From assembly GCA_965203515.1 (NCBI GenBank), contig OZ241907.1:1152001-1216000 (forward strand): a stretch of 64,000 bases of DNA, given 5' to 3'. Both the position numbers and the translations under genes were made by a program. Numbering within the stretch: the first letter of the stretch is position 1; every line of letters starts with the position of its first letter. Below are positions 10,282-19,740 of this stretch, piece after piece. The notes below the pieces were generated by a model. It made no database searches, was not told the origin of the DNA, and worked only from the letters and a program-made list of their open reading frames with translations. The stretch is from Spirochaetia bacterium. GTDB taxonomy: Bacteria; Spirochaetota; Spirochaetia; SZUA-6; Bin103.

Positions 10282-10995
10282 GTGCGCTACCGGCTCGACG
10301 ACTTCGACGGGCCGCTGGATCTGCTGCTGCACCTGGTGCGAAGCGCCCAGGTCAACGTCTGGAACATCCCGATCGCCAGCATCACCGAACAGTACTTGGC
10401 GTTCCTGGACGCATCGCCGGAGCTGGACCTGGAGCGGGCCACCGACTTCTGCCGCATGGCGGCGACCCTGCTTCACATCAAGTCACGGATGCTGCTGCCG
10501 GTCGGCGGCGCTTCCGGGCAGTTCGATGACGAGGACCCGCGCGCCGAGCTCGTGGAGCAACTCATCGAGTACCGGCGGCTGCGCATGCTCGGCGACGTCC
10601 TTGCCGATCGCTTCGAGCCGCACGAGTGGAACATCGTGCCGGAACGCCGCATCCACGCGGCGCAGGAGGCCCTCGGGGATGAAGATGACGACGACGCGGC
10701 CGAGCCGGACGGCTCGGCCGCCGAGCTGCTGGAGATGTATCGAGAGCTGCGGTCCGGGCTTGCCGAGGCGATGCCGTTCGACCTGGACGATGGCGTGACC
10801 GTGGCGGAAAAGGTGACGCTGCTGCACGAGCGCCTGGCTCGTCAGACGCGGGTGAGCTTCGACGTGCTGGTCCGGGTCGGGTCGGCGGTGGAGCTGGTCT
10901 GTGTGCTGCTCGCCATCCTGGAGGTGGTGAAGGCGGGCCGCGCCCGCGTCTTCCAGAACGCTCCGTTCGCGGCGATCGCACTGGAGGCGCGATGA
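10282..10995 (+). CDS. scpA: Segregation and condensation protein A (start uncertain)
   Basis: FDGPLDLLLHL, MAATLLHIKSRMLLP, DPRAELVEQLIEYR. Confidence 0.92.
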   Translation: MRYRLDDFDGPLDLLLHLVRSAQVNVWNIPIASITEQYLAFLDASPELDLERATDFCRMAATLLHIKSRMLLPVGGASGQFDDEDPRAELVEQLIEYRRLRMLGDVLADRFEPHEWNIVPERRIHAAQEALGDEDDDDAAEPDGSAAELLEMYRELRSGLAEAMPFDLDDGVTVAEKVTLLHERLARQTRVSFDVLVRVGSAVELVCVLLAILEVVKAGRARVFQNAPFAAIALEAR

Positions 10996-11618
10996 TGCCC
11001 GCCGGCGGGGACGGGGCGGCGCCGGAGCCCGCCGCGCATGCGGAAGCGGCCGTCGCGGGAAACGGGTCGAACGGATCCCGGCGCGAGGCGGCCAACGAGC
11101 CGGTCGTCGAAGCGGCGCTGCTGCTCGAAGGCCACCCGGCGACGCCGGCGCGGCTGGCGCGGATCACCGGTCTGTCGGTCGCGGAGATCGAGCGCTGCCT
11201 GGCCACGCTTCGCCGACGGTACGCGACGCCGGAGCATGGTCTGCAGATCGCCCGCGTCGCCGACTGCTACTCGCTCGTGCCGAAGGCGGAGCTGTGGGAG
11301 CGGCTGCGCCAGCACTACGGCAACGGCACCGGCAAGCGCCTGTCGCGCGCCGCCCTGGAGACCTTGACGATCATCGCCTACCAGCAACCGGTGACGCGCA
11401 GTCAGATCGAGGCGATGCGCGGCGTGTCGGCCGACGCGATGATCCGCTTGCTGAGCGACCGGCAACTGATCCGCCCGGTCGGCTACAAGGAGGACTCCAT
11501 CGGCCGCCCGACCCTGTTCGGGACGACCAACCGATTCCTCGAGAACTTCGGTATGGAAACGATCGACGACCTGCCGAAGCTCGACAGCGTGGAAGAGAGC
11601 CGATTCCTGAGAACCTGA
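10992..11618 (+). CDS. scpB: SMC-Scp complex subunit ScpB
   Basis: LSRAALETLTIIAYQQPVTRSQIEAMRGV, GRPTLFGTT. Confidence 0.95.
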   Translation: MMPAGGDGAAPEPAAHAEAAVAGNGSNGSRREAANEPVVEAALLLEGHPATPARLARITGLSVAEIERCLATLRRRYATPEHGLQIARVADCYSLVPKAELWERLRQHYGNGTGKRLSRAALETLTIIAYQQPVTRSQIEAMRGVSADAMIRLLSDRQLIRPVGYKEDSIGRPTLFGTTNRFLENFGMETIDDLPKLDSVEESRFLRT

Positions 11619-11619
11619 C

Positions 11620-12342
11620 GTGCGCCTCAACCTCTACCTCGCGCGCGGCGGGGTCGCTTCCCGGCGCGCGTCGGACGCCCTGATCGCCGCCGGCCGGGTG
11701 ACGGTGAACGGCTCGACGGTGACGCGGCTCGGCGTCGCCGTCCGGGACGGCGATCGCGTCTGCCTGGACGGGAACCCGGTGCGGCTCCGCACCCCCGGCC
11801 GCTATCTCGCGCTCCACAAACCGCCCGGATTCGTCTGCACCGCGCGCGATCCGCAGGGCCGGCGGCGCGCCGAGGAGCTGCTCGCCGGCGCCGGTGCCCG
11901 TGACCGGCTGTTCGGCGTCGGCCGGCTCGACTACCGATCGAGCGGCCTGCTGCTGTTTACCGACGACGGCGCGTTCGCGCTACGCGCCGCGCATCCTTCC
12001 TACGGCGTGGAAAAGGACTACCTGGTGCGGACGGCCGGCGGCGCGCCGATCCCGGACGATCTGCTGCGCAGGTACCGGGACGGCCTGCTGGTCGACGGCG
12101 AGCGCTACCGACTGCAGCGCTACGCCCGCCGCGCCGGCGACCGGGCGCTCCTGACCTTGTCGACCGGCCGGAACCGGGAGATCCGTCGGGTCTTCGCCGC
12201 GGCCGGCATCGAGCTCGGCAGCGTGCACCGTGTCCGCATCGGTCCCGTCCGCCTGGGGCGGCTCGACGCCGGCCGTCACCGGGAGCTGGCGGACGAAGAG
12301 GTCGCATGGTTCCTGCGGCTCGCAAGACGGTCGTCGCGATAG
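11620..12342 (+). CDS. rluB: rRNA pseudouridine synthase (RluB/RsuA family)
   Basis: S4 domain RLNLYLARGGVASRR, GRLDYRSSGLLL, GRNREIRR; follows scpB. Confidence 0.85.
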   Translation: MRLNLYLARGGVASRRASDALIAAGRVTVNGSTVTRLGVAVRDGDRVCLDGNPVRLRTPGRYLALHKPPGFVCTARDPQGRRRAEELLAGAGARDRLFGVGRLDYRSSGLLLFTDDGAFALRAAHPSYGVEKDYLVRTAGGAPIPDDLLRRYRDGLLVDGERYRLQRYARRAGDRALLTLSTGRNREIRRVFAAAGIELGSVHRVRIGPVRLGRLDAGRHRELADEEVAWFLRLARRSSR

Positions 12343-12977
12343 ACGGTCCGGCCGCGGCCGGCAAGTCGACCGCCGCGCGCTGTCTGGCCGACCGTCTCGG
12401 GTTTCGGTACATCAGTTCCGGTCTGCTGTACCGGGCGGCATCGGCGGTCGCCCTGCGCGCGTGCGGCGACCCCGCGGACGAGAGCGCGGTGGCCGCGGCG
12501 CTGGCCGCCGCCGGCCTGGCCGCAGTCGGGGCCGGCGTCACGGCCGCCGGCCGATCGCTGCCCGGCGAGGTGCTGCACGGCGCGGAGGTCGCCCGCTGGC
12601 TGGCCGCGCACACGGCGATGCGCGCGGTGCGGGCGCACGTCAACGCGCTGCTGCGGGCGGCGGCCGCCGAAGCGCCCTGCGTGATCGACGGACGGGACAT
12701 CGGCACCGAGGTGTTCCCGGATGCCGAAGCGAAGGTCTTCCTGGACGCGTCGGCGGCGGTGCGCGCCCGCCGCCGGCAGCGGCAGCAGGGAGGCGACGCG
12801 CAGGCCATCGCCGACGCGATCGCCGCCCGCGACGCGGCCGACCGGGGCAAGAGGTGGGGCCGGCTGGCGCAAGCGGCGGATGCCGTGCCGGTCGACACCA
12901 CGCACTTGACCGCCCGTGCGGTTTGTGACAGGCTGGCGGACATCGTGCGGTGCAGGGCGTGTCTTCGCGTGCGGTAG
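12306..12977 (+). CDS. cmk: Cytidylate kinase
   Basis: IDGPAAAGKST, GLLYRA, DGRDIGTEVFPDA. Confidence 0.93.
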   Translation: MVPAARKTVVAIDGPAAAGKSTAARCLADRLGFRYISSGLLYRAASAVALRACGDPADESAVAAALAAAGLAAVGAGVTAAGRSLPGEVLHGAEVARWLAAHTAMRAVRAHVNALLRAAAAEAPCVIDGRDIGTEVFPDAEAKVFLDASAAVRARRRQRQQGGDAQAIADAIAARDAADRGKRWGRLAQAADAVPVDTTHLTARAVCDRLADIVRCRACLRVR

Positions 12978-13076
12978 CGCATCGCCATCTCCAACGGTTG
13001 TATCCTCCATCGCGTTCATGTGCCATACTAGTCCCTTGTCGCGCGATCGCGCCTTTGGGCCGCAACGAGCAATCAG

Positions 13077-14771
13077 GTGAGTGAGAGAGACGATCAGGTC
13101 AGATCGGGTTCCGGCGACGGCAGCCTGCAGCAACAGTACGTAAACTCGTTTCAGCCGGTCGAGGAAGGCCAACTGCTGAACGGGAAGGTGATCGAAGTGG
13201 GGCCGGAGCTGGTCTACATCGACGTCGGCCTGAAGTCCGAAGGACGCGTTCCGGTGGCGGAGTTCACCGAGCTTCCGGAGGTGGGGCAGTCGGTCGACGT
13301 GGTGCTGCTGCGCAAGGAGAGCCGCTCCGGAGAGGTGATCGTCTCCCGGCGCAAGGCGGAAGAGCAGCTCCTGTGGCGGACGCTCAGGACCGCGGCCGAG
13401 CAGCGAACGCCGATCCAGGGAATCATCCGCCGCAAGATCAAGGGCGGCTACGAAGTCGATCTGGGCGCCGGCACGCGGGCGTTCGTGCCGTTCTCCAAAG
13501 TCGACATCATGCGCGTCCGCAACGAGGACGACTATCTGAACCTGCAGACCTCGTTCTTCGTCGAGCAGCTCTTCAGCAAGGGACGCGCCAACGTCGTGGT
13601 CAACCGCCGCGACTGGCTGGAGCAGGAGATCAAGAACCGTCGGGAGCAGTTCTACGACCACGCGGAGGTCGGCGCCGTGGTCGAAGGCACCGTCAAGTCG
13701 TTCACCTCCTTCGGGGCGTTCGTCGACCTGGGCGGTTTCGACGGGTTGCTGCACGTCAACGACATGCGCTGGGGGCACGTGGCGTCGCCCCGCGATCTCG
13801 TCGAGATCGGCCAGCAGCTCACCGTCATGATCATCCGGCTCGATCGCGAAGCCCAGAAGGTGAATCTCAGCCTCAAGCACTTCACCGAGGATCCGTGGAC
13901 CACGTTCGAAGAGCGGTTCCAGGTGGGCGACACGGTACGCGGCACGGTAACCAAGCTGACCGACTTCGGGGCGTTCGTGGCGATCGCCGACGGCATCGAG
14001 GGGCTCGTGCACGTGTCGGACCTGTCCTGGGTGAAGCGCGTGCGCCACCCCAAGGAGATACTGGCCCCCGGTGACGAGATGGAGGTCAAGGTCCTCGCCT
14101 ACGACCTGGAGCACGCAAAGTTGTCGCTCGGCCTCAAGCAGCTCCTGGCCAACCCGTGGGACGACGTGCCGGAGCGTTACCCGGTCGGCCGGCGCATCAC
14201 CGCCCGCGTCAGCAACCTGGTCAGCTTCGGGGCCTTTCTCAACATCGAGGAAGGGATCGACGGACTGTTGCACGTGGAGGACATGTCCTGGACCGAGCGC
14301 GTCGCCGACCCTTCGACGGTCGTCAAGGTCGGGGACGAGATCGAGGTGATGGTGCTCATGGTCGATCCGCGCCAGCGTCGCATCAAGCTCGGCTTGAAGC
14401 AGCTCACCGAGGATCCCTGGACCACGTTGGCGCGCGCCTACAAGAAGGGCTCGGAGATCACCGGAACGGTGAGCCGCAAGGCCGACTTCGGCGTGTTCGT
14501 GACGGTCGAAGGCGATCTGGAAGGGCTGATCAGCAAGAACCACCTGACCACCGGAGACGCATCGTTCGAAGAGGCGTCCAACGCGCTCAAGATCGGCGAC
14601 CCGATCCAGGCGCTCGTGCTGGAGATCAACCCGCAGAGCCAGCGGATGGCGCTGTCGGTTCGCGAGCTGCGGCGCCGGCAGGTCCGCGCCGACCTGGTGC
14701 AGTACACGCACACCGACGGCAGCGACACCGTGCCGCTGGGCGACTTGGTTCGCCGTAAGAATTCGGGGTAG
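13077..14771 (+). CDS. rpsA: 30S ribosomal protein S1
   Basis: Six S1 repeats (FGAFVDLGGFDGLLHVNDM, etc.); follows cmk. Confidence 0.97.
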   Translation: MSERDDQVRSGSGDGSLQQQYVNSFQPVEEGQLLNGKVIEVGPELVYIDVGLKSEGRVPVAEFTELPEVGQSVDVVLLRKESRSGEVIVSRRKAEEQLLWRTLRTAAEQRTPIQGIIRRKIKGGYEVDLGAGTRAFVPFSKVDIMRVRNEDDYLNLQTSFFVEQLFSKGRANVVVNRRDWLEQEIKNRREQFYDHAEVGAVVEGTVKSFTSFGAFVDLGGFDGLLHVNDMRWGHVASPRDLVEIGQQLTVMIIRLDREAQKVNLSLKHFTEDPWTTFEERFQVGDTVRGTVTKLTDFGAFVAIADGIEGLVHVSDLSWVKRVRHPKEILAPGDEMEVKVLAYDLEHAKLSLGLKQLLANPWDDVPERYPVGRRITARVSNLVSFGAFLNIEEGIDGLLHVEDMSWTERVADPSTVVKVGDEIEVMVLMVDPRQRRIKLGLKQLTEDPWTTLARAYKKGSEITGTVSRKADFGVFVTVEGDLEGLISKNHLTTGDASFEEASNALKIGDPIQALVLEINPQSQRMALSVRELRRRQVRADLVQYTHTDGSDTVPLGDLVRRKNSG

Positions 14772-14845
14772 GGCAGCGCTCCGGCGACCGAGCACGTGAT
14801 GCCGCGTCCCCACATCGCCGCCGGCGCCCGAAGCCGGACGCGCTG

Positions 14846-15796
14846 ATGCAACCGGATGTCGTCGCCGTCGATCGCACGATGCAGGCGAAGGTGGCGGTCG
14901 CCACGCGCGCCGCGGCGACCGACCTGTCCGTGCTGCTGCTCGGCGAGCACGGCGTCGGCAAGACGTTGTTCGCTCGCCTGATCCACGCCGCATCGGCCCG
15001 CCGCGCCGGTCCGTTCGAGGAAGTCAACTGCGCGGCGGTACCGCCGGACCTGCTGGAGGCCGAGCTGTTCGGCGGTGCGGACGGCAGCCCGCACCCGGCC
15101 GGCGCCGGCCATCGGCCGGGCCGGCTGGAGCGCGCCGACCGCGGCACCGTCCTGCTCGACGCCGTCGGCGACCTCTCCCCGCCGATGCAGGCCAAGCTCC
15201 TCGGCACGCTCCAGCACGGCCGCATCTATCCGGTCGGCGGCGCCGGACGGACCGTGCGCACGCGCATCATCGCCGCCAGCGACCTCGACCTGGAAAGCCA
15301 GGTCGAGCGCGGAGCGTTTCGGCGCGACCTGTTCTATCGGCTCAACGTCCTGCCGATCTACCTGCCGCCGCTGCGCGAGCGGCCGGATGACGTCACCGCG
15401 TTGGCCAATCACTTCCTGGCGCGGTCGTGCGCCGCCTCCGGCCGCGGCATGCTCCGGTTCACGGCGTCGGCGATGGCGGCCCTGCAGGAGCACCGTTGGC
15501 CCGGCAACGTGCGCGAACTCGCCAACACGGTCGAACGCGCTGCGATCGACGTCGCCGCCCATGCCTCGAGCGTCGAAGCGCATCACCTCAGCCTCGGCGC
15601 CGCCTTGCAGGACCATGCCATCGACGCGTACCATGGAGAGTCCCTGAAAGAGGCCGTGCGCGCCTACAAGCGCCGCTTCATTCGCGGCGCGCTGGAGTCG
15701 CACGGCTGGAATCAGACCAGTACGTCGCGCTCGCTGGGAATCCAGCGCACGTACCTGTCGCGCCTGATCAAGGAACTGGAGATCTCGAACCGATGA
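14846..15796 (+). CDS. Sigma54 enhancer-binding-protein-like AAA+/Fis-HTH regulator with degenerate motifs
   Basis: GEHGVGKT, VNCAA, FRRDLFYRLNVLPI, WPGNVREL, C-terminal HTH; GAFTGA absent, Walker B reads LLDAVG. Confidence 0.85.
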   Translation: MQPDVVAVDRTMQAKVAVATRAAATDLSVLLLGEHGVGKTLFARLIHAASARRAGPFEEVNCAAVPPDLLEAELFGGADGSPHPAGAGHRPGRLERADRGTVLLDAVGDLSPPMQAKLLGTLQHGRIYPVGGAGRTVRTRIIAASDLDLESQVERGAFRRDLFYRLNVLPIYLPPLRERPDDVTALANHFLARSCAASGRGMLRFTASAMAALQEHRWPGNVRELANTVERAAIDVAAHASSVEAHHLSLGAALQDHAIDAYHGESLKEAVRAYKRRFIRGALESHGWNQTSTSRSLGIQRTYLSRLIKELEISNR

Positions 15797-16479
15797 GCGA
15801 AGCGCAGACCCGCGATCCCGTCCGCCTGGCCGACGCCGTCAGCCACGTCGTCTCCCGGCTGCGTATGCCGCTGCTGGCGCTGCTGGCGGCCGTCGCGGTC
15901 GTCCTGATCGTCACCCTGGTGATGACCGAACGGCGCCGGGCGCTGCTGGAGAACTCGACCGTGCTGATCGAAGAGGTGGAGAAGCGCTGGCTGGCCGTCC
16001 CCGCCGAAGAGCGCGCGAGCCTCGAAGACGAGATGCTGCCGCAGCTGGAGCTGCTGGCCGAACGCCACGGCCGCCGCTACGCCGGCAGACGGGCCCTGCA
16101 GTTGCTGGCCGCCCGTCACGTGGAGCGTGAGGAGTGGCAGGAGGCGGCCGACCGATTCACCGAGCTGGCCGACCGGTCTACCGGCTACCTGGGCGCGCTG
16201 GCGTTGAGCAACGCGGCGGTCGCCTACGAGGAGCTGGGCGACCGAGAGACCGCCGCGAACCGCTATCGCGAGGTCGCAAGCCGGTTTCCGGACGAGCTGG
16301 CGCTGGCTCCGCGGGCGCTGTTCTCGCTGGCGCGGCTTGAAGAGGAACGCGGCGACCCGGCCGCGGCCAACGATGCCTACGCCGCGCTGGAAGAGGCCTA
16401 CCCGGGCAGCCGCTGGTCGCTCCTGGCCCGCAATCGGCTGATCTACCTCCGGGCCGCCGGCACGCTTGACGGCCGCTGA
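15793..16479 (+). CDS. Membrane-anchored TPR protein (YfgM-like)
   Basis: N-terminal TM helix followed by TPR helices, YPGSRWSLLA. Confidence 0.75.
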   Translation: MSEAQTRDPVRLADAVSHVVSRLRMPLLALLAAVAVVLIVTLVMTERRRALLENSTVLIEEVEKRWLAVPAEERASLEDEMLPQLELLAERHGRRYAGRRALQLLAARHVEREEWQEAADRFTELADRSTGYLGALALSNAAVAYEELGDRETAANRYREVASRFPDELALAPRALFSLARLEEERGDPAAANDAYAALEEAYPGSRWSLLARNRLIYLRAAGTLDGR

Positions 16480-17134
16480 TCCGCGCGCGCTGGCGGCGGC
16501 CGGCCGCGGGCTGGCCGTGGGCGTGTTGGCGATGCTGATCGGCGCGTGCGGTCTGCCGTCGCCGTCGACGCTGCGGAGCCCGAAAGATTGCCAAGGAGAC
16601 GTGCCGGGGGTGATGCGCTTCTGCGGGACCGCAGGAGGGGGGACCAATTTTCTGGGGTATGAAATATATTACAAGCTGATAACGTCGGGGGAGGAGACGC
16701 CGGACCCGCGCCATCATGACGATCTGCGCGCCCGGTTCGGACGCTTGTCGACGACCGCTTCCGTTCCGTGCGCCGGCGGCCGGCCACCGCTGGTGTCCGT
16801 CACGACCGCCCGAACGGATCACACGATCTCGCTCGACGTACGGAACCCGGACGAGCCGTTTCTGCGGTTTTCCTGGCAGGAGCAGGGGGCCCCCGTGCGC
16901 CGCGGCATCGAGGACGATGGCGATCCGCTCCGCGCCTGCCGGCGCTTCTCGACGATCGACGGCTACCGCGCCGGCCACCGGGACCTCAGCGCGGCCGCGG
17001 CCGCGGCGCTCACGGCGCGGACCGGAGCCCTGATCGACCTGGTCGCGTACGCGGTCAGCTACGGGCGCGACCGCGGCCAGCCGTTGTACAGCGCGCCGCT
17101 GCGGATCGGCCGCGAACGGCTCGATCTCTACTGA
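16466..17134 (+). CDS. Putative lipoprotein, hypothetical
   Basis: Lipobox-like LIGA-C after a hydrophobic stretch; FLGYEIYYK; TTG start uncertain. Confidence 0.6.
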   Translation: MTAADPRALAAAGRGLAVGVLAMLIGACGLPSPSTLRSPKDCQGDVPGVMRFCGTAGGGTNFLGYEIYYKLITSGEETPDPRHHDDLRARFGRLSTTASVPCAGGRPPLVSVTTARTDHTISLDVRNPDEPFLRFSWQEQGAPVRRGIEDDGDPLRACRRFSTIDGYRAGHRDLSAAAAAALTARTGALIDLVAYAVSYGRDRGQPLYSAPLRIGRERLDLY

Positions 17135-17147
17135 CGACCGATCAGGC

Positions 17148-17423
17148 GTGCTGGCGTACCTGAACGTCGCGCTTACCTACGTGGCGGTCGCCTTGGGCTG
17201 CGCGATCCTGATGTTCTACGTGGCGCGCCGGCCGGTGCCGGGCCGCTTCTGGGGAGCGCTGACCGTCGGCTTGATCGGCGCCGTGCTCGGCGGCGTCGCT
17301 GACCAGTTGCTGGCCGACGTCTTCGAGCGGCTGGCCGACGTCAACACCGTCAATCTGTTTGCCGCCGCCGGCGCGTCGTTGCTCTGCATCTGGCTGCTTT
17401 CCGGGACCGGTCATTCCAAGTGA
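17148..17423 (+). CDS. Small membrane protein (GlsB/YeaQ-like)
   Basis: 91 aa with three hydrophobic segments, VGLIGAVLGG. Confidence 0.6.
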   Translation: MLAYLNVALTYVAVALGCAILMFYVARRPVPGRFWGALTVGLIGAVLGGVADQLLADVFERLADVNTVNLFAAAGASLLCIWLLSGTGHSK

Positions 17424-17465
17424 AGCGATCCCGCTCACGTCTTTCTGGAACCGCCTGCCGACTCA

Positions 17466-17493
17466 ACTTCCGATAATATATATTCTGTCAACC
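17466..17493 (+). other. dif: Probable XerCD dif chromosome-dimer resolution site
   Basis: ACTTCCGATAA-TATATA-TTCTGTCAACC in 11-6-11 layout; 23/28 to B. subtilis dif as recalled; AT-rich intergenic site between convergent genes; KOPS polarity switches across it. Confidence 0.8.
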
Positions 17494-17541
17494 AAGGTCG
17501 GTCGTCAAAACGGAAGCGCCGCTCCCCACCCCGTCCCGCTC

Positions 17542-18564
17542 TTACGGAGTTCGGCGAAAGCCGGCGACGCGGGCCGCGGCGCCGAACCCCAGGCCGCTCG
17601 GGCCGTCGCGCCGCAGCACGTGGTAGCCGAATCCGGCGATCATCGCCGCGTTGTCGGTGCAGAGCGCCATACGGGGAAAGAACGTCTCGAACTCGGGCTC
17701 GTCGGCCAGACGGCGGCGCAGGTATCGGTTGGCGGCAACGCCGCCGGCGGCGACGATCCGTCGCCGGCCGTGCCGGCGGGCCGCGGCGATCGCCCGGTCG
17801 ACGACGATGTCGATGGCGGACTTCTGAAACGACGCGGCGACGTCGGCGACGCGCTCCGGCGCGGACCGGTCGACGCGGAACTGCTCGCGCTGATGGATCA
17901 CGGCCGTCTTCAGTCCCGAGTACGACACGTCGAACCGGTCGCCGCCGGTCCGCACCGACGGCGCCGGGAACCGATAGGCGTCCGGGTCGCCCCGTTCGGC
18001 CAGCCGCTGGATGGCGACGCCGCCCGGAAAGCCGATGTCGAAATGCTTGGCGACCTTGTCGAACGCCTCGCCGCAGGCGTCGTCGACGGTCGCGCCGAGC
18101 ACCTCCCAGCGATCCAACCCCTGCACGTCGATGATCAGCGTGTGTCCGCCGGACAGCAGCAGGGCGACGTACGGGTAGTCGATGTCGCGCTCCATGTGCG
18201 GGGAATAGACGTGGGCGCGGATGTGGTCGACCGCCACCAGCGGTTTGCCGGTCGCCAGCGCCAGCCCCTTGGCGTACGAGACGCCGACCAGCAGCGATCC
18301 GATCAGTCCCGGCCGGCAGGTGACCGCCAGCGCGTCGATCTGCGCCAGGGTGCAGCCGGCCTCCGCCAGCCCGCGGGCGACCACGGCGTCGATCCACTCC
18401 ACGTGCATCCGCGAGGCGATCTCCGGCACCACGCCGGCGAAGGGACGGTGCGCCTCCACCTGGGACGCCACCTCGTTGGAGAGGATCGCCGTGCCGCCGC
18501 GAACCACCGCGGCGGCGCACTCGTCACAGGAGGTCTCGATGCCCAGGATGAGGCCGGAGGTCAC
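17542..18564 (-). CDS. tsaD: tRNA N6-adenosine threonylcarbamoyltransferase
   Basis: LGIETSCDE, GVVPEIASRMH, HIRAH, SGGHT, DDACGEAFDK, TDNAAMI. Confidence 0.97.
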   Translation of the reverse strand: MTSGLILGIETSCDECAAAVVRGGTAILSNEVASQVEAHRPFAGVVPEIASRMHVEWIDAVVARGLAEAGCTLAQIDALAVTCRPGLIGSLLVGVSYAKGLALATGKPLVAVDHIRAHVYSPHMERDIDYPYVALLLSGGHTLIIDVQGLDRWEVLGATVDDACGEAFDKVAKHFDIGFPGGVAIQRLAERGDPDAYRFPAPSVRTGGDRFDVSYSGLKTAVIHQREQFRVDRSAPERVADVAASFQKSAIDIVVDRAIAAARRHGRRRIVAAGGVAANRYLRRRLADEPEFETFFPRMALCTDNAAMIAGFGYHVLRRDGPSGLGFGAAARVAGFRRTP

Positions 18565-19538
18565 CGCGGCAGCAGATCGGAGAGGTAGACCAGCTCGAAC
18601 CCGGCGCGCTCGATCTCCGGCAGCCGCATCTCCAGGACCGAGAGTACGACGCGGTTGGTCACGTGACCGATCAGGATCGCCCTCCCCCGCTCGCGGGCGA
18701 TCGCCATGCCGCGGTCGATCGCGGAGCTCACCGTCGCCTCGTCGGCGGACACGTCGAGGAACACGTCCCGGCTCAGGAACGGCACGCCGTACCGCGCGGC
18801 CGACTCCGCGGCGACCGAGTCGGAGGTGGTGCGGCTGTCCAGGAAGAACCGGTCGGTCCGCTTCAGGTACGCCATGATGGTGTCCATGATGCGCCGATCG
18901 GCGGTCGCCCGTGAGCCCATGTGGTTGTTCACGCCGCGGGTGCCGACCGAACCGAAGTGCCGGTCCAACAGACCGATCACGGCCGGCTCGTCGTAGCCTA
19001 CCCTGATCGCGCCGGGGCCGGGGTCGGACGGCCCCTGCGGCTCCATGGGGAGATGCAGGATCACCTCCTTGCCGGCCTGCGCGGCGCGCGCTGCCACCTC
19101 CGCGCTGAACTCGAGCTGCGGCAGCACGGCGAGCGAGAGCTTGCCGGGAAAGCGAAGATACGCTTCGGTGTCGGCGACGTTGTGACCGGCGTCGTCGAGC
19201 ACGATCGCCAGCGGAATCGGCCGTCCCGGGATCGGCCGTCCCGGATTCGGTCGTTGCGCGGTCGGCCGGCGGGGCGCTGCGGCCTGCGGCTCGGCGGTGC
19301 GGGGCCGGACGATGCTCGGCAGCGCCGGTTCCATCGCCGGCCAGCTCACCGGAGCCGGCGCGCGCCCGCCGGGAGGAACTACCAGGAGGATACCCAGCGC
19401 CAGCGCTCCGGCGCCCAGGACCCCGGACGCGCGTGCCAGGGTGACCTGCGACGGCAGCCGCGGCCGCGCCTTCCGGGGCTTCTCGCTCCGGGGCTTCTCG
19501 TTTCGAGCCTTCTCGCTCCGGGCCTTGGGTTCCTTCAA
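18561..19538 (-). CDS. Divergent polysaccharide deacetylase family protein (YibQ-like)
   Basis: AIVLDDAG, LHLPMEP, NNHMGS, FLDSRT, RDVFLD, IGH motifs; N-terminal TM. Confidence 0.92.
   Translation of the reverse strand: MKEPKARSEKARNEKPRSEKPRKARPRLPSQVTLARASGVLGAGALALGILLVVPPGGRAPAPVSWPAMEPALPSIVRPRTAEPQAAAPRRPTAQRPNPGRPIPGRPIPLAIVLDDAGHNVADTEAYLRFPGKLSLAVLPQLEFSAEVAARAAQAGKEVILHLPMEPQGPSDPGPGAIRVGYDEPAVIGLLDRHFGSVGTRGVNNHMGSRATADRRIMDTIMAYLKRTDRFFLDSRTTSDSVAAESAARYGVPFLSRDVFLDVSADEATVSSAIDRGMAIARERGRAILIGHVTNRVVLSVLEMRLPEIERAGFELVYLSDLLPR
19471..19526 (-). repeat. 15-nt tandem repeat encoding K(A/P)R(S/N)E units at the deacetylase N-terminus
   Basis: ccggggcttctcgct-like units, about 3.5 copies. 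Confidence 0.7.
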
Positions 19539-19617
19539 GCCGACTTACTCCCGCCGGCGGGCCGGTGACGGCTCGACCGGCACTGTGTCATTATCGGCAC
19601 CGGCGCCGTACGCGTTG

Positions 19618-19705
19618 ACGGGGCGCATTTCCATAAAGAAGCCGCCAAGCCGCCCGACGCTCACTTTACCACGTTTTTGGAAATGCGCCCCGTGACGGGG
19701 CGCAT
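19618..19705. repeat. MITE/REPIN-like palindromic element, copy 2 (inverted relative to copy 1)
   Basis: Perfect 16-bp IR ACGGGGCGCATTTCCA (19618-19633) / TGGAAATGCGCCCCGT (19678-19693), followed by a third partial arm TGACGGGGCGCAT. Confidence 0.7.
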
Positions 19706-19740
19706 AGGCAAACGAACGTCCGCTGCACTATGATCCCGCC

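Noticed and set aside
16645..16683. Short AT-rich patch
   Set aside because: Falls within the lipoprotein CDS and encodes NFLGYEIYYKLI; amino-acid composition largely explains it
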